This document shows, piece after piece, positions 47,766 through 57,920 of a stretch of DNA of 64,000 bases; positions within the stretch are counted from its first letter, which is position 1, and every line of letters begins with the position of its first letter. This stretch comes from the human T2T-CHM13v2.0 reference genome, Homo sapiens: NCBI RefSeq assembly GCF_009914755.1, contig NC_060935.1; one strand, given 5' to 3'. The position numbers and the translations under genes are program-made. The notes beneath the pieces are model-generated. The model did no database searches. It was not told the origin of the DNA and saw only the letters and a list, made by a program, of their open reading frames with translations.

Positions 47766-47844
47766 TTAGGTTGGTGCAAAAGCAATTGCGGTTTTTGCAT
47801 AAAAAGTAATGGCAAAAACCACAATTAATTTTGCACCAAACTAA
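47766..47844. mobile_element. MADE1 (Hsmar1-derived palindromic MITE)
   Basis: ttaggttggtgcaaaagcaattgcggtttttgc ... ggcaaaaaccacaattaattttgcaccaaactaa, an inverted repeat of about 80 bp. Confidence 0.9.
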
Positions 47845-50460
47845 TAAAATATGTGGTCTGTCGCACTGTAGTGGATGAGGTGAGCAGGGGTAGAAAACTA
47901 AGGAGGTTTTTATACTGACAGGGGAAAGAGATGATGATATGTCAATTATGGAAGGCACAGGGCATGGAGAGAAGAAGAACAGCATGAGACAATTCAGGGG
48001 CAGAATCAAGGGCCACCATCACTGACTGAGAAAGAACTCCATGAGCTCCAGTACCTGTGGAAGGCCATATGCCTGGAGAATAATGAAAGAAGTGGAAGAG
48101 ATGAGGCTGAAAAGTGAGTAGTGACCAGACCAAGCAGGATCTTGTAAGCCAGAGTTAGAATGTGCATTCCATCCTAAGTACAATGGTAGCCCATGAAGGC
48201 TTTAGTGAAGGCCTTGCCTGATAGAACTTGCTTTCTTAAATGGCCTTTTTGGCTGCAGTACAGAGAATGAATTATTATAGAAGGTACAAGATTCCATACC
48301 ACTGAGAAGAGTTAGAAGACTTTTGTAGTCCAGATGAAAGATGATGGTGACTTAAATAAGAGTGCTTGGCAAGGCACACAAAAAGAGTAGGGACTGGAAC
48401 ACATAGGTCGATCACACTTGCCTTTTGAAATTGGATATAAAGGATGAGGAAGGGGACTGAATCAAGGATTACACCCTGGGTTTCTGACCTAGCTATAGGA
48501 TGGATGGTAATAATACATACTGAGATGGGCAAGTCATGGAGAGGAAAGAGTTTGTGGAGACAGATTTCTGTTTTGGCCCTATTTTGTTTGAGACTTCAAA
48601 GTGGAGCTATCCAGTGGGAAGTAGGATATGCTAGTTGGGAACTCAGAGTAGAAGCTAGACAGTTGAGCATTCCCTGAATATTGATTTCTCTTGGCATTTT
48701 TACCACCTAAGAGAGCACCTAGAGAAGTATGAGAATAAAAGGGCAACAAAAAGAGGAGAGAAAAGAAGAGAGAGAGAGGGGAATACACAAGCAATGATAA
48801 GATCATATAAGGGGAGTAGAGGAGATGGGAGCTAGATTGGAAGGAATTAAAAATTAAGAGATGAGGAATTAGATAATGAATTACTCAACTTTTTCAACAA
48901 ACATTGTTGTGAAGGAAAACAGTTGCGGGTGTTAGATGGAGGGAGATATAAGGCCAAGGAATGCGGGATTGTGCTGATGTCAAGAAAAACATTTTAAAAA
49001 AGGGGGCAGATTTGTGTGGGAGGGGGAATATTGTAATGACAAATAACAGTTTTACAATGCTTTACAGTTTACAGGGACTCTTCTCATGATTTTATCTTTC
49101 CTCATCATGAAGCAGTAAAATTGTCATGGAAGATATGGTTATGCCTTCATCTATAGGTGAGGAACCTAAATCTTTAAAAATTTCAGTGATTAATACTAGT
49201 TTCTATTGGTAGGCTGATGGCTCAATCATTACTTAAACCCAAGTCTTTAGATTCTAATTTTTTTTCCTATATCATGATAATGAGTTTGAGTTATATTTCT
49301 GTTAACTTGAATATGCTGGATTTATACTTCTTAGGAAGCAATGAGGTAGAAGCAGAAGAGTGTAGTGATTTAAGACATTGGATTGGGAGGCAGCAAACCA
49401 GAGTTCTCGAAGCTCAAGTTTCATCTTTGACGTTTTCCAACTGTTCTGATTGTTAGTGACTTAGTCTTTTGTTTTCTCAATTCATAAGTGTCCACGTTTA
49501 CTGAGCACTGTTTCAAGATTTGTGCTAAGTGTTTTAAAAGATCTCAAAATCCCCAAAAGAAAGTTTTTAGGCAGGAGCTGAAAAAAAAGGTGGCACAGGT
49601 CAAAAATATTGCAAGGAAATGTTTAAACGTTTTCAAGGGAAATGACAACAGAAGGTGGAAAAAGATAGAATGATAAGGATCCCAGATGGAAAAATAGTGT
49701 GAAGGGAATAGGTCAGTCTTGCAAAAAGGTAAGTGTGGGGCATCTCTTCTTCTGAATGTCATGAAGTCCAGGAAGGAAGAAGCACGTAGAGATGAAGGTT
49801 AAACTACAGTTAGGCAAAAGAGAACAACAAAAGGGCTTCTCATGTTCTCAAGTTACCTGGAGGTAGGGCTTTAGTTGGAGGGATTTCTGAGTGTCAAACA
49901 AGGACCTACGAAACCCTGCTAGAAAAAAAATCTAAAGAACTTGTAGGGAAGTGAATTATTAGAAAGTGCTAACTACATTTATTTTTCATATGACCAAGAT
50001 TGACATTTCAGGGCAGAAACTCTTTCATAATTGGGAGTGTAGTTTGAATTGGAAGGCAATAGGAAGACAGTGACGGTAAATGTTTGTGGGTATGATTTGA
50101 ATTAAGCAGCAATCTGTATTATTTACAAAGTTGCTTTTGGCCACATGCAGGCCACAAAAGGCTCTTCCTCCACTTGATTTCTCAATAAGGCTGCTTTGTA
50201 ATACTAGCTTTATTGGAATTAAATGTCCTGAGCACCCAGTGTTTTTATAAACAGCTTAAGGGCAAGGATCATGCATAATATTTCATGATACATATGATTA
50301 TTTTCTCATTTCTTTTCATGTCTAAAAATGGGTCTAAGAACTAATCTTCTCACAAGAATGATCAGAGTTTGAATGTGAGCATTGTAATTCTGCTGATATT
50401 GAATATTCTCTGGAAGGGCCCTGTGGAAGCAGATAAGGAGGAAGAGAATTCCCAGGAGCC

Positions 50461-51405
50461 ATGTCAGCCTCCAATATCACCTTAACACATCCAACTGCCT
50501 TCTTGTTGGTGGGGATTCCAGGCCTGGAACACCTGCACATCTGGATCTCCATCCCTTTCTGCTTAGCATATACACTGGCCCTGCTTGGAAACTGCACTCT
50601 CCTTCTCATCATCCAGGCTGATGCAGCCCTCCATGAACCCATGTACCTCTTTCTGGCCATGTTGGCAGCCATCGACCTGGTCCTTTCCTCCTCAGCACTG
50701 CCCAAAATGCTTGCCATATTCTGGTTCAGGGATCGGGAGATAAACTTCTTTGCCTGTCTGGCCCAGATGTTCTTCCTTCACTCCTTCTCCATCATGGAGT
50801 CAGCAGTGCTGCTGGCCATGGCCTTTGACCGCTATGTGGCTATCTGCAAGCCACTGCACTACACCAAGGTCCTGACTGGGTCCCTCATCACCAAGATTGG
50901 CATGGCTGCTGTGGCCCGGGCTGTGACACTAATGACTCCACTCCCCTTCCTGCTGAGATGTTTCCACTACTGCCGAGGCCCAGTGATCGCTCACTGCTAC
51001 TGTGAACACATGGCTGTGGTGAGGCTGGCGTGTGGGGACACTAGCTTCAACAATATCTATGGCATCGCTGTGGCCATGTTTATTGTGGTGTTGGACCTGC
51101 TCCTTGTTATCCTGTCTTATATCTTTATTCTTCAGGCAGTTCTACTGCTTGCCTCTCAGGAGGCCCGCTACAAGGCATTTGGGACATGTGTCTCTCATAT
51201 AGGTGCCATCTTAGCCTTCTACACAACTGTGGTCATCTCTTCAGTCATGCACCGTGTAGCCCGCCATGCTGCCCCTCATGTCCACATCCTCCTTGCCAAT
51301 TTCTATCTGCTCTTCCCACCCATGGTCAATCCCATAATCTATGGTGTCAAGACCAAGCAAATCCGTGAGAGCATCTTGGGAGTATTCCCAAGAAAGGATA
51401 TGTAG
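50461..51405 (+). CDS. OR52K2: Olfactory receptor 52K2 (class I OR, 314 aa, single coding exon)
   Basis: Intact ORF with Kozak gccATG and an N-glycosylation site (NIT). Motifs LHEPMYLFL, MAFDRYVAICKPLHY, HCYCEHMAVVRLAC, KAFGTCVSH and PPMVNPIIYG. The N-terminus MSASNITLTHPTAF is recalled as OR52K2 rather than the paralog OR52K1. Confidence 0.93.
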   Translation: MSASNITLTHPTAFLLVGIPGLEHLHIWISIPFCLAYTLALLGNCTLLLIIQADAALHEPMYLFLAMLAAIDLVLSSSALPKMLAIFWFRDREINFFACLAQMFFLHSFSIMESAVLLAMAFDRYVAICKPLHYTKVLTGSLITKIGMAAVARAVTLMTPLPFLLRCFHYCRGPVIAHCYCEHMAVVRLACGDTSFNNIYGIAVAMFIVVLDLLLVILSYIFILQAVLLLASQEARYKAFGTCVSHIGAILAFYTTVVISSVMHRVARHAAPHVHILLANFYLLFPPMVNPIIYGVKTKQIRESILGVFPRKDM

Positions 51406-52734
51406 AGGGTGAGGTGGAGAAAGAATGGGTTGGCTTGTCTGCTGGAGTTGGAGACAGGCTATGGTAGAATGTGCACGGCTGCCAGGATCTTCATGTTTAG
51501 TTTTTTCTTGGAAAAAAAAAAAATGATGTCCTGAAACTCAGAGCCACCAGTCTGTTCAGGACTCATGGGTCTGTGTCCTCTGGTAGCCTGTGGATTGAAT
51601 GTGCTGACTGTGCTGTCTTCTCACAGTGCCCTCACCCCTATCAGTAACTTGACAGAGACTTGACCCATGGGTCTCCAGGTGACTTCACCGAAAGACACAA
51701 AGATGCTTCCAACTTCATTTGCTGAAGAGAAGACTTTGAAAATCTGAGTTTCTTTTCTTAGTCATTGGGAATTTGGTGAACTATCTACTCAGGACCTGGG
51801 TGAGGGCCAACAGTATATCTGACATAGGAATCCTTCATTCATTCTGACTGGTGGTGTCCAGCTTCTGATGAAACACTCAGTGTTAGGAAGTTTGAAACAT
51901 TCCAGGGCTGCAGGTTCTGAGTAAGACACCTATGCTTGCTAGAAAATCATTTTTTCACCTAAGCCAGTATGTGTATTCTTTTGCTTATATTTACCAATCC
52001 ATCCTTATGTCCAATTCCTTTTATTAAGTACTTTGAATAAGACATGTCCTCTGGCTTTATGTTTCATGCAACTCTTTCTTTGCACATAGATGTATCTTAT
52101 GTTTTCAAGAATGAGAATGGCTCATTTATTTACTAATTCCACCAAATCTGTGATAGGGGATGGGGACACATATACTAAATTAGGGGTGTCAGACTTGTGT
52201 ATTTGTCCTAAGACAGAGAAGGAAATGATAATTATGATAGATTCTGTTCTCTGAAATTTCCATCCCAAGGCCCAGCATAATAAAAGAAGAGCAAGACCAA
52301 GCAGATAGGAGGCAAGAATATTATGTTTCTCTTTTCCTGTCTCATGTGAACTTACCTACTATATAATTCTCTATTAATCCTGACAACACAGCTAAGCTTT
52401 TCACACAAGCCCTGTATAAATACATTGTTCTGCTGTTATCTTCTGACCCACTTGTTTCCTCAGATATTATTGCTTAGAAATTATATATCTCTTTTGCTAT
52501 CACTGTATCTTTCTCTATTTACCTGTCTATATTATTTAGCCTTGAAAGATAATTTCCAAGCCTATTTCAGGTGGGGTGTAGAAGGTTGGAAGCTGTCCAG
52601 GAGGGAAGAGTATAGCAAGAACCTAGAGTTTTACTTCCCCTTATATTCCACCTCTGCTCTTATAATTCCCTTTGACACAAAAACAAATACCCCAGAGAAA
52701 TAATGTATTACATAAAAAATTGCTACATGCTAGA

Positions 52735-53421
52735 TATATATATTTTTGGAGTATATGTGATATTCTGATATATTCATATAATAGATAATGATCAAATCAG
52801 GATAATTGGAATATCCATGACCTTAAATGTTTCTTTTATGCTAGGAACATTAAAATTATTCTCTTCTAGCTATTTTGATATATACAGTAGATTGTTTTCT
52901 ATAGTCCCTACTGATTTCTTGAACACTACATCTTGTTATTTTTTATATCTAGCTGTATTTTTATACTCAATTAATCTCTTATCCTCCCTGCCTCCCTTCC
53001 CAGCCCCCAATAACCACCAATCTGCTCTCTATTTTCATGAGCTGTACTTAGCATCCACATGAGTGAGAAATACAATAATTGTCTTTCTGTACCTGGCTTG
53101 TTTCACTTAACTTAATGACCTACAGTTTCATCCACGTTGCTGCAAGTGACAGGATTTCATTCTTTCTTATGACTAATATTCCATGTGTATCATATTTTTC
53201 TTTATCCATTCAGATATTAATAGCACTTACATTGATTCCATGTTTTGGCTATTGTGTCTAGTACTAAATATAGGAATACAGATATCTCTTTGACATATTG
53301 ATTCCTTTCTTTTGAATAAATACCTAGTAGTGGGATTACTAAATCTCATGGTAGTTATATTTTTAGTATTTTGAGGAACTTCCATACTGTTTTTCAGAGT
53401 GGTTGTATTAATTTGCATTCC
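52735..53421 (-). mobile_element. L1MA-type 3' portion
   Basis: aatgatcaaatcaggataattggaatatccat, ctggcttgtttcacttaac and gaggaacttccatactgttttt. Confidence 0.8.
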
Positions 53422-54038
53422 CTCCAGAATTGTTGAGGACTAGATATGCTAATGGCAGCACAAGGAAGACTTTGTTCAGCCTTAGATGAAAAGTATTGCT
53501 TTTGGGTAAACCAACTGTGAAAAGTACAGGACAACATCACACGACTTCCAAATCAAGCCTCCATTTATTATGGGAACTTGCCTCTCAGGGTTGGTTAGAT
53601 AGGGAAGGAGCCTGGAAATGGTTCTCCTGGGTTCTTTCCTTTTTAGGACCACTTGTTATTCTCCTAGTTTTGCACCTTTTTGGTTCAGGTCTTCTAAATT
53701 CTAAACCCAATTTGTCTCCTCTCACCCCCAGGCCATCAAGCTCCAGATGGTCCTCCGTGAGGTATACTGTCCTCTCAATATTCAAGAGGTACCCTTCTAC
53801 AGGGAACCGCTAGACTGCTCATCAGTGGACAGAAAGTAGGCAAAATTCTGCCCCTGGACCTGGCTGGATACCACTTTTGCTAAGCCACTGAGTCACCCTC
53901 CTGCCCTGACAGCAAGAGGCCAAGACCCACAGAACCACCACCACCACCCCTCTGTCAGCAGAAAGCAGTTACAAAAGACTGACCTTCATCCATTTTCCTC
54001 CAAAGATTTGGGGTCTTGGGCTCTTGAGTGGGGGGAAA
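53422..54038 (+). pseudogene. HERV-FRD (MER50-int) env transmembrane-subunit remnant plus 3' region and polypurine tract
   Basis: My translation gives LQNC*GLDMLMAAQGRLCSALDEKYCFWVNQL*KVQDNI, then QGWLDREGAWKWFSWVL..GPLV, then TQFVSS..QAIKLQ..NIQE.PF. This parallels the recalled syncytin-2 TM subunit. The G-rich tract at 54026-54038 precedes the LTR. Confidence 0.85.
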
Positions 54039-54649
54039 CATTACAGGTAGTTAGACAGGCATGAGTGGGGCAGGAGGGGGCCCTACCACCTACCCACCAG
54101 GAATGTCTGACTATAGTCAAGTGATGGTTGGGCAGTTACCACACTGCCCCTCTAAAAATGATAACTTGGCCATCAGTGCCAGGGAGAGACAATCTCCCGA
54201 TGGTCCAAGCTGCCACACTAAAGTGTTAATTGAATTCAGGTACCTAAGAGAGGCAACTTCCCAAACAGATGAAAATACTTGAGATTGGTAATCAGTTTCC
54301 AGTAAAATCACAGGAAATGAGCAAGTGAGCCTGGGCATGTTCATTAAAAAACAAAGTGGTGGAGTATGACCTTCCAGAGGCATTCTGTCAGAAAACTGAA
54401 GAAAGCCTCAGATGGGCATGCATACAACTTCTTAAACACACTGCGCATGCTCACTTCCTAAGGGTAAGGAGGGCACTGTGCATTCAGGCAGCCCACCCTA
54501 AGGGAAGAATCATGGGAAAGGGGTGCAAGACCCTGGAAGTGGGCCATCTTATAAAGTCCCAGGATCAAGATTAAGTGGGGCACTTGTCCTTCAAGTCGCC
54601 TGCTTGGGTCTCTTCCAAGTGTACTTTCCTTTCTTTCCTGCTCTAAGGC

Positions 54650-54692
<43 letters not shown>

Positions 54693-55145
54693 AGATGGAG
54701 TCTCTCTCTGTAACCCAGGCTGGAGTGCAATGGCATGACCTCGCTCATTATAACTACCGCTTCCTGGTTTCAAGCTATTCTTCAGTCGCAGCCTCCCAAG
54801 TAGCTGGGACTACAGGTGCCTACCACCATGCCTGGCTAATTTTTCTATTTTTAGTAGAGACGGGGTTTCACTTTGTTGGTCAGGCTCATCTCGAACTTCT
54901 GACATCAGCTGATCCACCCACCTCAGCCTCCCAAAATGCTGGGATTACAGGTGTGAGCCACTGTACCTGGTGCCTGCTCTAAAGCTTTTTAATAAACTTC
55001 CACTCCTGTTCTGAGACTTGCCTTGGTCTCTTTTTCTGCCTCATGACCCTCAAAATTCTTTTTTCTGAGGAGGCAAGAATTGAGGTTGCTGCAAACCTGT
55101 ACAGATTCACTGCTGATAACTTGGATACCTTATATACGCATAACA
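54039..55145 (+). mobile_element. MER50-family LTR (3' LTR) interrupted by an Alu
   Basis: ttacaggtagttagacaggcatgagtggggcaggag..., AATAAA near 54991, ends ..ataaca. Confidence 0.75.
54651..54972 (-). mobile_element. Alu (AluS-like)
   Basis: Long poly-T and a full dimer; TSD CCTGCTCTAA(G/A)GCT at 54637-54650 and 54973-54986. Confidence 0.93.
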
Positions 55146-55171
55146 GAAGCAGATATGGGACTAGATATTGG

Positions 55172-55716
55172 TGTTAGAACAACTAAGTTCCTCTTCAAAA
55201 CTTAACTTTCTTGTTATAAGTTGTAAGATTGTAAATTAGCCCTTCTCCCTGCTTTGGCCTTCAAAGTCCTCATCTCACTACCTTATTTGGAAGAAGTTTC
55301 AAACTTCCTTTTTCTCTCTGTTCTGTGACCAACCCTTCCCTCCTTGCTGCACCCAGATATGCCTAGACATGCCTTCCCTCCTGCCTAGTTAATAACAGTC
55401 TCTCCCTCCCCTCCTCCCTTTGCAAATTGTGCATTTACTCCATTTGGAAAAGTTTAAGTCTTTTACCCTATTTGGAGAAGTTTAAGTCTTAGCCAATCTG
55501 GATAGCTTAGATTGTGAGGTCCAACTGCAGCCAATGGGGAAAGGACACAGAAACAGGAATTAGGGATAAAAACCCCTTTTCTCCTTTGTTTGGTGTGCTC
55601 TTGCAATCGTGGCTGATGCAGGTAGCACTGTTCTGCAGAAGTAAATTGCCATTCTGAGACAACTTTTTGCCTGAGTGCTGGTTCTTCTTTGTGGCATCAA
55701 GCATTTGTTTCTAACA
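55172..55716 (+). mobile_element. LTR10-family 5' LTR (LTR10B-like)
   Basis: TGTTAG...TAACA termini, CCAAT box, GATAAAA TATA-like box and AGTAAA poly(A) signal; followed directly by a primer binding site. Confidence 0.75.
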
Positions 55717-55719
55717 ATT

Positions 55720-55737
55720 TGGGGGCTCATCAGGGAT
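55720..55737 (+). other. Primer binding site for tRNA-Pro
   Basis: TGGGGGCTCATCAGGGAT versus the PBS-Pro sequence TGGGGGCTCGTCCGGGAT, 16/18 identical. Confidence 0.85.
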
Positions 55738-56297
55738 CCCATTCTCCTCTGGGGAAGGGTCTGCAAACCCCTGTCATGAGGAGATGCATCCCGCTGCCTC
55801 ATTGCAGTGGCCTCAGGAATAAGGAATTGAGCCCCACCCAGCGTGATGAATAAAACCAGGACTCTCAGCAACATGGGAGGAAAAGGCCTACAAATACTGC
55901 AGTGACCAGGTAACTGTGCACAGACTGTGGTAAGAAAAACCATAGGGGCAGTAAAGTATTTCTTGGTGGTCAGGGCATCCTGGAGGTTGAAAAGGTGTGG
56001 GTGAGCTGCACAATTGAGTGCGAAGCCAGTGTGGTCCTGATCTGCAGTTCTGTGGTCACCTCATATGGCTTACGCTGGATTCCTGTCGTGGGGTTTACAT
56101 CAACATGCCAATGCTAAGAGGGACCTAAATTCACTCTGTGGAAGCAGCCAGAGGTGGATGAAGCGAAAGCAAAGGAGTGCAAGAAACCTCCAGTAAGGGG
56201 GTTGAGCCTCTAGAGTAGAGGGTACAAGAAATCTCTAGTAAGAGATGTTGACCCCCCACTTAGGGGTCACACTCAGGAAACACCTAAAGCTTCTAGG

Positions 56298-57920
56298 ATG
56301 GGAAATAGCCCAAGCAAGACAGGATAAAAAGGAAAAGATGGGCAATAAAATACACTCAGATAGCCCTCTAGGTCTCGTGTTAAAATATTGGAAGGATAAG
56401 GAAAGAACTAAACAGAAGAAAAAGCAGCAAATGATAAAATATTGATTTTTTATTTGGACCAAAGAACCTATCCTCAAACCTTCAAGTCTTCTAGCCAAAG
56501 TTTGGGTCTAGTGAGGAATGGATTTGTCAACTTTTAATAGAGTATGTCAATAACAAAAGTCCTATCTCCCTGGAGGAAATAGACTATGCCCTGTGTTGGT
56601 GGCAGAGGCCTGTCATCCTCTAGTCCATAAAACTACAGGACACAAGCCAGAAACTACTTCCTCTCAAGAAATTAATATCCCTCACCCCAAAAGTGTAACA
56701 CGTGGGCTGCCTTAGACCAACTTCCCCCACCAAACTTCCTTCCCCCTCCTACAGACCAACTTCCTCCTCCAGACATTACTAACTTCCCTCCCCCTCCAGC
56801 AGTTGCAACTGCCTCAAACTCTTCCCCAACTCACATTGTCATTTCCCTCCCTTATGACCCTGACTCTTGGGGCTGTCCCCAGCCCTCCCTTAGGAAGGCT
56901 TCAACATGAGATAGAACAATGTAAGAAGGATATCCAAACTTTCCTTTCCCCACTACCTCTAGAGGATTGGCTGCAAACCTTTTTCCCTTAAGGGAAGTTC
57001 CTCTAGGAGGAGGGGGCATTGGCTTTGTGAATGTCCCCTTAACCAGTTCAGAAGTCCAAAGCCTGAAAAGGGAACTAAAACCACTCCTAGATGATCCCTA
57101 TGGAGTAGCAGATCAAATTGATCAATTCTTAGGCCCCCACTTGTATACTTGGGCCGAGTTAATGTACATCCTAGGCATCCTCTTTTCGGAAGAGGAAAGA
57201 AGCATTATCTGTAGGGCTGCTATGACCTTTTGGGAGCGTGAGAACCCCCCGGTCAAAACATCCCTGCAGCTGAACAGAAATTCCCTCCTTAAGATCCCCA
57301 ATGGAATAACAATATAGCCTATTGAAGAAATATGAGAGACCTAAGGGAAATAATTAAAGGAATTAGAGAATTGGTGCCCTGCACCCAGAATATTACTAAA
57401 GCCTTTAATACACAACAGGGAAAAGATGAAGGGCCCATGGAATTCCTCAACAGACTTAAGGAACAGATGAAGAATTATGCAGGTTTAGATGTGGAGGGCC
57501 CACCTGGACAAGGGATGTTAAAGCTCCACTTTGTCAGCAATAGCTGGCCAGGCATCACAAAGGAATTACAGAAGACAGAAAATTGGAAAGACCATTCCAT
57601 AGAGGAACTTTTAAGAGAGGCCCAAAAGGTATGTGTACGGAGGGATGAAGAAAAGCAAAAGCAAAACGCAAAAATTATGTTGTCCACCTTACAACTCCCT
57701 AACAGGCAGCCCAGGGAAATAGAACTTACAAATCTTCTAAGTCCCTGGCTGTCAGACCCTACACAGAAGGAAAAGGGATCAAGCCAGACAGCCATGAAAT
57801 AGAGAAAAGAAGCAAAATAAATGTTTCAAATGTGGAAAAATAGGTCATATTAAAAGAGAATGCCCTGAATGGGAAAAAGAAAAGGAAGTTATTCCCCTTA
57901 TGGCTTTTGAGGAAGATTAG
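56298..57920 (+). pseudogene. ERV gag, disrupted
   Basis: ORF pieces 56967-57317 and 57332-57802; CCHC knuckle at about 57822-57863. Confidence 0.85.

Noticed and set aside
49726-49734. Consensus donor AAG|GTAAGT upstream of OR52K2
   Set aside because: Plausible 5'UTR exon boundary, but I found no clear matching acceptor or promoter, so a single motif is not enough.
54039-55716. MER50 and LTR10 as paired LTRs of one provirus
   Set aside because: The sequences are unrelated. One follows env and a polypurine tract, the other precedes a PBS, so they are two adjacent independent elements.
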